This document shows positions 49,799 through 58,484 of a stretch of DNA of 64,000 bases, piece after piece. The notes under the pieces are model-generated. The model had not been told where the DNA came from, made no database searches, and saw only the letters and a list, made by a program, of their open reading frames with translations. The stretch is from a virus. How positions within the stretch are numbered: the first letter of the stretch is position 1; each line of letters opens with the position of its first letter. The stretch is taken from IMG/VR virus record IMGVR_UViG_3300012936_000003, positions 1 through 64,000 of that record, one strand, 5' to 3'. Position numbers and translations under genes: made by a program.

Positions 49799-50470
49799 CT
49801 AATAAGACAGCACAGATTCAACCTTTGAATATAGTACGGGAGAAACACGCTTTACTTCTTCACGATCTCCATATAGATATTCCTCAAACCCCACAGCAAA
49901 ATACTCTCTAAGAGAAGTCATGGAATAAGCGGTTGGAAAAACATCTACACTTAACATATTCAAATTGTCGTAACCTACGCCCTTATAAAAAAAATAATCC
50001 AACTCTTTAGAATACTCGGTATCTAAGAACTGTACTATATTTACATTATAACCCGACATTGAAAGTATGTCAAGCATTTTTTTTCTTTTTTCTATAAATT
50101 CTCTTTCCAAATATCCATCAGAGTAGATTTCCATACCCATGTAGGATTCAACAGCGTGTGCAACTTCGTGAACAATGTCATCAACCAACTCCTCAACACT
50201 GTCTTGTTCATTGGTGACATAGATAGAAGAATCTTTATAAACAGCCTTAACTTCTCTGCTTATAAGTTCTGGGAATTCTCCTATGAAAATAGATTCAATT
50301 TCTCTTGATAGGTGGTGTGGTACAATTTTCTCAATGTCGGCGATTGCCTTAACCAAATCCACTTCTTGTGGCAATGAGTGAAGAACATATACGGGAACTG
50401 TTCCAAATATACTATACTCTTTTCTCTCCGAGAGAACTCTTTGCGCTCTTTCTGCTATAATTTCTCTCAT
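49799..50470 (-). CDS. Putative zinc metallopeptidase (HExxH, zincin-like)
   Basis: IVHEVAHAVE plus distal YSMTSLREYFAVGFEEY. Confidence 0.65.
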   Translation of the reverse strand: MREIIAERAQRVLSERKEYSIFGTVPVYVLHSLPQEVDLVKAIADIEKIVPHHLSREIESIFIGEFPELISREVKAVYKDSSIYVTNEQDSVEELVDDIVHEVAHAVESYMGMEIYSDGYLEREFIEKRKKMLDILSMSGYNVNIVQFLDTEYSKELDYFFYKGVGYDNLNMLSVDVFPTAYSMTSLREYFAVGFEEYLYGDREEVKRVSPVLYSKVESVLSY

Positions 50471-50472
50471 GA

Positions 50473-50709
50473 CTAATCATCCCTGTTGTGTCCGTAGGAA
50501 TCATCCAGACCCTGTTTGTAGCCACGAATCCAGTTTTCCTCTGCAACAACCATCAGGAACTCGGGGAACTCTGACGACATAACGTTAACAATCATCTCTA
50601 CAGTGACTTCATCATTCTCTGGTTTTGCTACGCTGCCAACGTAGTTTACTAGCAACTCCTTCAGACCAGCCTCAGACTTAACCGTCTTTAATAAGATTGG
50701 GTTATCCAT
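50473..50709 (-). CDS. Hypothetical protein, 78 aa
   Basis: AGGAG RBS; ends in AEENWIRGYKQGLDD. Confidence 0.75.
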   Translation of the reverse strand: MDNPILLKTVKSEAGLKELLVNYVGSVAKPENDEVTVEMIVNVMSSEFPEFLMVVAEENWIRGYKQGLDDSYGHNRDD

Positions 50710-50724
50710 ATTAACTCCTTTGTT

Positions 50725-52074
50725 TTATAATACTTTAGCCGCTAGGGATGCAACTTCAGAACGCTCACCCTTTAACAAGGTCACGTGTCCAGTGATAGGA
50801 AAAGATTTTAATTTCTCAACAGCATAAGTTAAACCATTTGAGGTTTCATCCAAATAAATGTTGTCAATCTGTTCAATATCACCAGTCAAAACTATCTTAG
50901 TTCCTTCCCCAACTCTTGTTATTATAGTCTTTAATTCGTGTTTTGTTAAATTTTGTGCTTCATCTACAATGATAAAAGCGTTCGCAATAGAACGTCCACG
51001 AATATATGTAAGAGCCTCAATTTCAATTATACCAGAATCCATATACATTTCAAGTGTAGCTTTGTCATCGCCCAAAAGAAACTGCAAATTGTCTTGAACG
51101 GGCATCAACCATGGTGCCATTTTTTCTTCCAAGGTTCCCGGCAAGAACCCAATATCTTTACCGAGGGGTTGGACCGGTCTCGTCACAATTAGTCTTTTAT
51201 ACGGAGTTTCTTGTTTATCATCTTTTCTCTTTCTTGACTGAGGTTCCAACACCTGCTGTAATCCCGCTGCCAAGGCACATAGAGTCTTACCAGAGCCAGC
51301 CTTACCAATTAAAGAGACAACCTGTACGCTTGTATCCAGCAACAGATCTAAACCAAAGTGTTGTTCTTTGTTTCTAGGTACGACACCCCAAATCCCTTTT
51401 GAATATTCCCCATTGATTCTTTTCAAGGGTCTGTTGTAATCCATAAAACGAGCGAGTGCAGTTTTTTTATTGTTTGTGTTTGACACCAACATTAAAAACT
51501 GATTTGTGTGTAGGTGATATTCATCCTCTGACAAATAAATCGGATCTCCACTGTAAAACCTATCCACCACTGGGTCATCTAATAGAATCTCTCTATATCC
51601 AGTGTAGATTTCCTGTGCGTTCCTAATAATCTTACCCACGATGTAATCTTCGGCAGGAATCCCAAGGGCATCACACTTGACACGCATGTTAATGTCACGA
51701 GATACGATTGAAACTTTTCTGTGTGGTGGTGTTGCAGCCTCAGTAAGCGCAGTTGCAATAATTTGATTATCAGGATCTTCTCTTGGAAATTCTTCCGGTA
51801 AAAGTTCGCTATCATAACCCTTTACGGTTAATATACCCTTCCCCTTTCCAATACGAACACCTTTTTCTAGAGAACCTTTCGCCCTCATTTCATCAAGAAT
51901 TTTAATTATTCTTCTTGCGTTCGTCCCTACAGAATCTTGTCTTTTTTTGTGTTTATCAATTTCTTCTAGTACCTTTAAAGGTACGACAACATCATTGTTT
52001 TTAAAGGCGTATACTGAATTAAAGTCTGTCAGATATACACTGGTGTCTAGTACATACGTTTTTTTACGTGCCAT
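50725..52074 (-). CDS. phoH: PIN domain-PhoH ATPase fusion (PhoH2/YlaK type)
   Basis: PIN motifs VLDTSV, VLEEIDKHK, DNQII, SRDINMRVK. PhoH motifs GKAGSGKT, IGFLPG, YIRGRS, IVDEAQN, GDIEQID. Confidence 0.92.
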   Translation of the reverse strand: MARKKTYVLDTSVYLTDFNSVYAFKNNDVVVPLKVLEEIDKHKKRQDSVGTNARRIIKILDEMRAKGSLEKGVRIGKGKGILTVKGYDSELLPEEFPREDPDNQIIATALTEAATPPHRKVSIVSRDINMRVKCDALGIPAEDYIVGKIIRNAQEIYTGYREILLDDPVVDRFYSGDPIYLSEDEYHLHTNQFLMLVSNTNNKKTALARFMDYNRPLKRINGEYSKGIWGVVPRNKEQHFGLDLLLDTSVQVVSLIGKAGSGKTLCALAAGLQQVLEPQSRKRKDDKQETPYKRLIVTRPVQPLGKDIGFLPGTLEEKMAPWLMPVQDNLQFLLGDDKATLEMYMDSGIIEIEALTYIRGRSIANAFIIVDEAQNLTKHELKTIITRVGEGTKIVLTGDIEQIDNIYLDETSNGLTYAVEKLKSFPITGHVTLLKGERSEVASLAAKVL

Positions 52075-52112
52075 TTATTACCTCTACTTTTTCTTTTGCG
52101 TAATGGCTATAC

Positions 52113-52122
52113 TATAAATAGT
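52113..52122 (-). promoter_or_regulatory. Putative late promoter ACTATTTATA
   Basis: Lies between a terminator and the phoH start. Confidence 0.55.
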
Positions 52123-52146
52123 CTACTCTGACTAATTCGTTTTGTT

Positions 52147-52176
52147 AAAAAAAAACCCCCTCACGAGGAGGGGGTT
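52147..52176 (-). terminator. Rho-independent terminator
   Basis: Minus strand AACCCCCTC-ctcgt-GAGGGGGTT followed by a T run, about 45 nt after the stop at 52220. Confidence 0.88.
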
Positions 52177-52219
52177 AAAACATTAACTAATGTTTTTATC
52201 ACACTGTATCAGTGATTAA

Positions 52220-54436
52220 TTACGAAACACTGAGGCTTTCACCGGGGTAGCCCTCGCCAGCGTTTGCATCTACTTCCACTCCAGTGTAAAGAGTGACTTG
52301 TAGTGCGATTTCCGCTGGGTCTGCTGGATCATCTTCCAAGTCCTGCATCAAGCTATGCCAACCCATGGCACTGTACTCATCAAGTCTGATGTAGTGATTG
52401 CCCTGATCGTCAGAGTGGACGAACGTTGCTGGGTTATCGCTACTGAAGAATGAAACGAATACACCACGTGGGTGACCCATTTCGTCACGAGGAATGTCAG
52501 TTACTCCAAGATAATCCACTCCAATCGTTGCTGGTACAGAGGCAGCGCCGTGCTGGACAAATAATCTTGAATACATCTGATCGTCGCCTTGTGCTATACC
52601 ATAAGTGTCATATGGTCTCATAAGGTCACGAGCAACGTCAATAGCGGTCTGATCACGGAAACTCAGGTCATTGCTTAACTGGTAGCCGATTTGCCAAGCT
52701 GGTGGATTCCACTCACCCATTGGAAATACGACTTCATGAGTGAAGTAGACATCTTCCGATAGTTCACTAATGCTCTCTACACCAGCGGCAAGTCCATTAC
52801 CGAATTCATTCGTCATGTCAGCGATAACGATGGCACCGTCATTCATAGCGCCAACAAGAACGCCAGCAAGTGAAGGATCGTCTAACTTGATCTTGACGCC
52901 GGTCGCAGTTATCTCAGTTTCTGCATAATCCACGGTGATTTCGTCACCCCCCAAGCCTGCGGTGGTGATTGCATCAGCTAACGTAGATGATACGGTCGGA
53001 ACCTCCGAAGTGAAATCAAGGAGCAAGCCGAGACCTGCTTCTGGATCATATTCCATGGATGCAGCAAGAGGTACTACTGCATCAGTCTGTGCAGTATATG
53101 TTGCGGTGGTATAACCACCACCTGTGCTATCACCCGGCATCTCAGTGCCACCCGAACTAGAACCATCAGAGTAAACCGTACCACCCAAATCAGAATCCTT
53201 CTCAGAATTTTCTGTTAGTGGTTCAGCGCTGAAGTCTGGACAATATAGCTCTGTGGTATCTCCAAGATCAAGCACTGGACCACACCAAATTGCTGTAAGT
53301 TTTACTTGCTTTGGTTCACTGTTAGGCTCACAAGCGATTGCTGACGTTGTTACCTCTAGCTTGCCTTCACTGTTAAAAGTGCTGTCTGCTAGAATATCAA
53401 GGTCATGGCGCAATACCGTCTGAGAATCTTGAACGATAGACACCTGAATCATCCACTTTCCAACATCCTGCATCCCAAAAGGAATAGCTTCGTCGGAAGT
53501 AAATGTCACGGTCGTTGCTGGGCAGTTATCACTAATCACCATATCAGCTACACCGTGAAGACCGAATGATGCAGTCATTGACTCAAGGTTTGCCGTAAAT
53601 GCCGACAACTGACCATCAATGTGTGCCCATGCATCAGAATCAGACTGATCAATGAACGCTTTCAATCTTGATTGCAAGCTCTGTAGATGAGCCTCAAGAG
53701 TAAGAATGTCCGAGTCTAAACGAGCTTCAAGTCTGTCTGCGTCTGCTTCGGTCATGGCGAAACTTTCAGAAGCAACGGTGTGAACCGCACGCTGAAGTGC
53801 TCCCATTTCCTGCATTAGACCAAGAACAGATGTTACAGAATTTTGAGCTTGCATACCATTTACAATATCGTTAATAGCTTTAATCTCAATATACTGTTCT
53901 TCTCCGTCGGCTCTAAGAACTCTCAAGAACCAACCTTTATCAGCATCTGAAATATCAATGCTGGAATCTGGTTGTTCAACATTAAGAACACTAGCGTCAG
54001 AGTCGTGACCCTCACCAGCGTGCATATCTTCAGTCAAATCAGCGTCTGACCCATCAGCATTAAGGTCGTCAATGTCTTTATCGTCAGGAACAGCCTCGGT
54101 GAATAGACCACCACTAAGAGTACCATAAACAAGACCCAACTCTTTTACGAGTCTCTTACCTGCAACACCCTTGACAAAAACGTCTGCATCTGATGAAGTA
54201 ATATCAACATCACCGCAAATTTCTGCGTCAAGTGCAACTCTCATGTGACCAAGCAATCTCTTGATTGGGCAATTTTTAAAACTAAGTTCCGCAGAACCAA
54301 ATTTTTCTTCAGTTCCCTGCTCGGCAGGAATATCTGAAACGGTATCATGAGTTACCGTCTTAGCGGCGTCACGTTGACCCTGTAAGCGTCCTTCTGTGAC
54401 TTCGCCTCTATCATTATTAAATGTAAATTCACTCAT
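52220..54436 (-). CDS. Fibre-like paralog C: shared core plus ~300-aa C-terminal extension (738 aa)
   Basis: True start MSEFTF, 8 nt after GGAGG. Core motifs EICGDVDI, WFLRVLRADGEEQYIEIKAINDIV, coiled coil, WMIQVSIV; then a Gly/Ser linker and a unique domain. Confidence 0.65.
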   Translation of the reverse strand: MSEFTFNNDRGEVTEGRLQGQRDAAKTVTHDTVSDIPAEQGTEEKFGSAELSFKNCPIKRLLGHMRVALDAEICGDVDITSSDADVFVKGVAGKRLVKELGLVYGTLSGGLFTEAVPDDKDIDDLNADGSDADLTEDMHAGEGHDSDASVLNVEQPDSSIDISDADKGWFLRVLRADGEEQYIEIKAINDIVNGMQAQNSVTSVLGLMQEMGALQRAVHTVASESFAMTEADADRLEARLDSDILTLEAHLQSLQSRLKAFIDQSDSDAWAHIDGQLSAFTANLESMTASFGLHGVADMVISDNCPATTVTFTSDEAIPFGMQDVGKWMIQVSIVQDSQTVLRHDLDILADSTFNSEGKLEVTTSAIACEPNSEPKQVKLTAIWCGPVLDLGDTTELYCPDFSAEPLTENSEKDSDLGGTVYSDGSSSGGTEMPGDSTGGGYTTATYTAQTDAVVPLAASMEYDPEAGLGLLLDFTSEVPTVSSTLADAITTAGLGGDEITVDYAETEITATGVKIKLDDPSLAGVLVGAMNDGAIVIADMTNEFGNGLAAGVESISELSEDVYFTHEVVFPMGEWNPPAWQIGYQLSNDLSFRDQTAIDVARDLMRPYDTYGIAQGDDQMYSRLFVQHGAASVPATIGVDYLGVTDIPRDEMGHPRGVFVSFFSSDNPATFVHSDDQGNHYIRLDEYSAMGWHSLMQDLEDDPADPAEIALQVTLYTGVEVDANAGEGYPGESLSVS

Positions 54437-54480
54437 TGTTTTTTCCTCCAATTAATAAATAAGCGTATTCGTAACTCATA

Positions 54481-55557
54481 TTATGAGTTGCCGTTGATGG
54501 CACTTGCTCTTGAGATTTTATTAGCCTCAGACTCAGCAGTCGCCAAAGTTCCCGGATGATCCGTACTGTTATAGTTTGGAACAAAGACAGCACTTTCAAA
54601 AGGTACACCTGAAAAATCTGGTGCAATTTGGTCACGAGCCTGTTCACATGCGTCGTCAAGATCAGAGTCTGGACCTGCGTAAACGCCGGTAATAACAATC
54701 CTATCTTGTGCCAATGCATGATCTGGACAAGTTTCTAAGTCAATATTGCACTTTAACTTATCACCATCGGTGTAAAGAACATGTGCAATGTCGGCAGAGC
54801 GAATGTGCTCATCTTCACCAGTTTTGTGTAAGTGGACTCTAACGTCCCAAAGAGAAACATTACCTCTCATTGAGTCAAGAGAACCATTTTCTTGAGGAAT
54901 ACTATAAACCTCAGCGTCCAAACCTTGAGCAGCCTCGGCGATTTGTGCTGAAAGACAGAATCTATCTCTAGAAACTCTGAGTTCGTAACATTCTTCTGTT
55001 TTATTAATTTTTTCCATTGCCTTAGCCATAAGAATAATATCTTTAGCTGAAGCATAATCTAGAATTTCAGTTTTGAGTTCTTCAAGGCTCGCCTGAAGCG
55101 TAACCAAGAAATTGTCAAATGAATTATCAAGTTTAGTGACCTCAACCTCACGACCAATCCTCATACTGTTAACCACAGTATCAATTGCCTGTGACAACTT
55201 GTCCAACTGAGCTTTAACCTCTGGTAGAGATTCAACTTTGTCGTCGCCGTCGTCTGGAAGCAAAAGGTCATCTACACCCTTTACTGCCTTGTAAACAACG
55301 TCTCCCCAGTTTCTTGTTAATCTCAAGAAAGCCTTTTCGCCGTGACCAGCATCCACGTTGTTTCCTTCTGCATCAAAATTTGGTTCGCCTTCTGCATCTA
55401 CAAAAAGATTACCGACGAATTCCGCATCTTTAACCATTGAGGTGATTGCAGAACCATCCCCAATGAACATATCATGTCCTCCCTTGATTGTCATGCCGCC
55501 GCAAATATCAACACCTTGCGCCGCCAAAGCATAGAGAGCTTTTTTTGTCATACTCAT
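54481..55557 (-). CDS. Fibre-like paralog B: core only (358 aa)
   Basis: True start MSMTKK, 8 nt after GGAGG. DICGGMTI, AFLRLTRNWGDVVYKAVKGVDDLL, coiled coil, WDVRVHL. Confidence 0.65.
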   Translation of the reverse strand: MSMTKKALYALAAQGVDICGGMTIKGGHDMFIGDGSAITSMVKDAEFVGNLFVDAEGEPNFDAEGNNVDAGHGEKAFLRLTRNWGDVVYKAVKGVDDLLLPDDGDDKVESLPEVKAQLDKLSQAIDTVVNSMRIGREVEVTKLDNSFDNFLVTLQASLEELKTEILDYASAKDIILMAKAMEKINKTEECYELRVSRDRFCLSAQIAEAAQGLDAEVYSIPQENGSLDSMRGNVSLWDVRVHLHKTGEDEHIRSADIAHVLYTDGDKLKCNIDLETCPDHALAQDRIVITGVYAGPDSDLDDACEQARDQIAPDFSGVPFESAVFVPNYNSTDHPGTLATAESEANKISRASAINGNS

Positions 55558-55614
55558 TTTATTTTCCTCCAAGTTTGTTTAAAATGATTAAATGTTGTTT
55601 ATTCACAACTTTCA

Positions 55615-57525
55615 TTAATTGCCCTGATCGCCTACACCAGCAGTACCGAGATCATCAATCTTTCTCAAATCATCTGCACCTCCGATGGACTGGTTAAGAG
55701 CAAGAGGTAAATCTGGGGTAGCCTCAGCTTCCGTCGTTTCACCCTTCGGATTATTGCTAACCTTGTTATCAATCGTTCCTGCGTAAATTGCGTTAACTCT
55801 TAGAGTAGGAACAACGCTGATCGCATCACCGTTAACATCATCCATCAATACGCAACCTTCGGAGAATACATCAACCTTGATACCCTTGAGTACCGCTTCG
55901 CCTTCTTCCGCTGGCATATCAACAAATCTTGCTTCAAACTGAGCTTCAATATCACCACGAGCAACGCCGTTAACGATAGCAGAAACATCAAATTTCCAAC
56001 AAGCAAGGTCTGAATCTTGCATTTTTGAACCAAGTTCAGCAGTGAAAGAAAGGACTTCTGGGATGTTACCGTCTTCAATCTGAGCTTCACCAGTGAATCT
56101 GATTGCAGACTCTAAATCTCTAACTTCATCAGCAAGGTCGTCAATTCGCTCCAATGCAAACTCAGCAATTCTTTCGTCTTCTCTCTTGATATATGCACCC
56201 AATTCAACCTCAACGTGGTTAATGTGTTGCATGAGAGCCAACATGTCCGCTGTCATTTTGTCTTCAAGATCATCAATAGCGTCAATGCTTGCAAGACCTA
56301 ATTCAGCAAACATGTAACGTGCTGCATCCTGAAGATCTTTAATGCTTCGCATTCCTGCAAGAACAGAATAGACACTTCCAAGTTCACCTACTTGCGAAAC
56401 AAGATCGTTAACAGGCTTAAACTCGCTATAGCGAACGCTACCGTCAGCCATGGTGTTTCTCAAGTACCATTTTTGATTTTGGAGAGGAATCTCTGTAACA
56501 ACTCCAAACTCACTCCATGATTTGCTAACACCTTCTGCCTGAAAAGGAGTTAGGTGTGAAGGAGTCAAATGCGGCGAACTCGCCGGGAGCAGATCTGTAC
56601 CGTCTAATTGTCTAGAACCGTTAAGACTATCTGCGGTTCTACCATCGCCAGACTGCTTATCGTTGATGCTCGTGCGAGCGAAATCAACGCTAGAGTCTCC
56701 AACGAAGCCCTCGCCGGGGGGGGTAACGGTCCCATTAAAGACACCATGCATCAATTCCAAACCAACGTCAGTTGAACGAATTGTTTTGATTCCTCTTTCA
56801 GATGGATCAATAGGTTGGAAAAACACATCGTTTTGCCAGTTATTAATTTCTTCTGGATCTTCTACAATGTTCCATGAACCATATCCAGCGTCATCACCGT
56901 TCTCGTCTACGAGTGGTCCGTACTTGATAAACACGCCGTGTACAAATTGAACTTCAGTGATTAGGTCACCGAAGGCGAAGGTGTCACCGTTTTTGTCAAA
57001 CACCAAGTCTCCGTGAATGTTAATGTCTTCACAAGACTGAATTCCCATGGTCTTTAAACCACCAAGGTAGTCTTTACCACTCTTAGAAGTTGTGGTTTCA
57101 GTATGCACATCAGCAACACCATTGGCAAAGTAACCAAAATCAACCGGTAGGTTGGAAGGGTAAAAAGACGTTGCGTTTTCCCAGAGCATTTTTGCCTGTC
57201 TAAGCACTGCAATAGCTGATTCATTGGTGTCCAACAAAGCATCCTGTAAGGTTGCATACTTAAAATCACCATTTTCATCAAGAAGCGCAACATCCTGACC
57301 GTCACTAAGAATATTTTCCTTAGATTGGTAAACCGGGAATCCCTGTACGGCGTAACGACCGTGCACAGGAATGTTCGCCGGATCCGAAGGCGCAAGTTGC
57401 GAAAGTGTGTCAATCATATCTTGAAGCTGACTAACAAGTTCTGTCGGTGTTAGGTAAACGTTATCAAAACTAGCCTTTTCGGCTGAATCAAGATCGTACC
57501 TATTACCAAATGTAAATTTACTCAT
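55615..57525 (-). CDS. Putative in-frame short isoform of paralog A (636 aa, MSKFTF…)
   Basis: Internal GGAGGAAAATATTATGAGTAAATTTACATTT closely matches the start region of paralog C (GGAGGAAAAAACAATGAGTGAATTTACATTT). Confidence 0.6.
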   Translation of the reverse strand: MSKFTFGNRYDLDSAEKASFDNVYLTPTELVSQLQDMIDTLSQLAPSDPANIPVHGRYAVQGFPVYQSKENILSDGQDVALLDENGDFKYATLQDALLDTNESAIAVLRQAKMLWENATSFYPSNLPVDFGYFANGVADVHTETTTSKSGKDYLGGLKTMGIQSCEDINIHGDLVFDKNGDTFAFGDLITEVQFVHGVFIKYGPLVDENGDDAGYGSWNIVEDPEEINNWQNDVFFQPIDPSERGIKTIRSTDVGLELMHGVFNGTVTPPGEGFVGDSSVDFARTSINDKQSGDGRTADSLNGSRQLDGTDLLPASSPHLTPSHLTPFQAEGVSKSWSEFGVVTEIPLQNQKWYLRNTMADGSVRYSEFKPVNDLVSQVGELGSVYSVLAGMRSIKDLQDAARYMFAELGLASIDAIDDLEDKMTADMLALMQHINHVEVELGAYIKREDERIAEFALERIDDLADEVRDLESAIRFTGEAQIEDGNIPEVLSFTAELGSKMQDSDLACWKFDVSAIVNGVARGDIEAQFEARFVDMPAEEGEAVLKGIKVDVFSEGCVLMDDVNGDAISVVPTLRVNAIYAGTIDNKVSNNPKGETTEAEATPDLPLALNQSIGGADDLRKIDDLGTAGVGDQGN

Positions 57526-58284
57526 AATATTTTCCTCCATGTTTTGAGCATCCCCATTATCGGGGCTACTATCGTCCTCATCGGACGTATCTTCGGTTGC
57601 TGATACAACCGTTACTATTCTATCTATTTCACTGGATACACCAGTAACATTGCTTGTCGCTGAAATTAAAACGACAAATTCTGTATTAATTGGATCGTTA
57701 CTGTTTACAACATCACCCGAAGTGGTTGTAGATAGTATCGCTCCATCTAAATCATATGCTGTGGCTCCAAGATCAGAATATTCCTGACCTTGAACAACAG
57801 TTGTGGTTGCGTCTCCGTTTAAAACCAGTTCTGGTCCTGTCGTAGAGAGACGATCCACAGTGCCATCTTCCGTGTTCCACAAATATACCAACGGTGATTC
57901 GCCAGCAGTTAAGTTGACATTACCGTCCGCACCATTGTTTAATAAATTCCAAAATGTAACCTTGATTAAAGGCTGTGAACTTACACCGGACCATCCAATT
58001 TCTGTTAGATAATTACCCACATCAAAGGGGGATCCCTGTGTATATTCAGGTGGAAGGTTTTCCCACCCACTCGTCCAAGTTCTTAAAGTTCTGGATGCGG
58101 ACCAAGTGGTTCCGTTCCAAAACTGTATATTTATTCTTAGTTGAGCGTGTTGGGCTGCATCTCCGTCATGAAAATTCCATGATTGAGCGCCACCCGAGGT
58201 GTCTGCCCATGTCCACCCTAATTCAGAACTATTTGGAACTACGTTAAATGCCACTTCAAGTGGTAAATTAATTCCAATAGTCAT
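55615..58284 (-). CDS. Fibre-like paralog A, long form: N-terminal beta domain + DUF5011/Ig-like domain + shared core (889 aa)
   Basis: GGAGG 7 nt before ATG 58284. PELVLNGDATTTVVQGQEYSDLGATAYDLDG…RIVTVV (DUF5011-like). Core motifs QSCEDINI, WYLRNTMADGSVRYSEFKPVNDLV, coiled coil, WKFDVSAI. Confidence 0.65.
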   Translation of the reverse strand: MTIGINLPLEVAFNVVPNSSELGWTWADTSGGAQSWNFHDGDAAQHAQLRINIQFWNGTTWSASRTLRTWTSGWENLPPEYTQGSPFDVGNYLTEIGWSGVSSQPLIKVTFWNLLNNGADGNVNLTAGESPLVYLWNTEDGTVDRLSTTGPELVLNGDATTTVVQGQEYSDLGATAYDLDGAILSTTTSGDVVNSNDPINTEFVVLISATSNVTGVSSEIDRIVTVVSATEDTSDEDDSSPDNGDAQNMEENIMSKFTFGNRYDLDSAEKASFDNVYLTPTELVSQLQDMIDTLSQLAPSDPANIPVHGRYAVQGFPVYQSKENILSDGQDVALLDENGDFKYATLQDALLDTNESAIAVLRQAKMLWENATSFYPSNLPVDFGYFANGVADVHTETTTSKSGKDYLGGLKTMGIQSCEDINIHGDLVFDKNGDTFAFGDLITEVQFVHGVFIKYGPLVDENGDDAGYGSWNIVEDPEEINNWQNDVFFQPIDPSERGIKTIRSTDVGLELMHGVFNGTVTPPGEGFVGDSSVDFARTSINDKQSGDGRTADSLNGSRQLDGTDLLPASSPHLTPSHLTPFQAEGVSKSWSEFGVVTEIPLQNQKWYLRNTMADGSVRYSEFKPVNDLVSQVGELGSVYSVLAGMRSIKDLQDAARYMFAELGLASIDAIDDLEDKMTADMLALMQHINHVEVELGAYIKREDERIAEFALERIDDLADEVRDLESAIRFTGEAQIEDGNIPEVLSFTAELGSKMQDSDLACWKFDVSAIVNGVARGDIEAQFEARFVDMPAEEGEAVLKGIKVDVFSEGCVLMDDVNGDAISVVPTLRVNAIYAGTIDNKVSNNPKGETTEAEATPDLPLALNQSIGGADDLRKIDDLGTAGVGDQGN

Positions 58285-58439
58285 GCAATATCCTCCCGCA
58301 AATTAATGCAAACGTATTGCAAGATACACCAGTACCCTGACAAACACGAACTTTAGAATGATGTTTGCTATTTAGTGCACGTTCTATAGGGAAGAAATGT
58401 GTGCGGTTTCTCTGCTATCCATCAACGCTTATAATTAGT
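58284..58439 (-). promoter_or_regulatory. Late promoter ACTAATTATA (58439-58430) and structured ~145-nt 5' leader with RBS-occluding hairpin
   Basis: TGCAATA (58321-58315) pairs with TATTGCA (58290-58284) and encloses GGAGG; two further inverted repeats lie upstream. Confidence 0.5.
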
Positions 58440-58484
58440 GTGTGGAAAAATGAAGCTCCCGATCCTAAAGCAGAAACTTTACGA

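Noticed and set aside
54437-55572. Apparent shared N-terminal peptide MEE(K/N)xM in the fibre paralogs
   Set aside because: It is the Shine-Dalgarno ttGGAGGaa read from a TTG start; the real starts are ATG 54436 and 55557.
56716-56723. G8 tract in fibre paralog A as a phase-variation site
   Set aside because: It is short, in frame (Thr-Pro-Pro) and has no sign of an alternative frame product; there is no evidence without reads.
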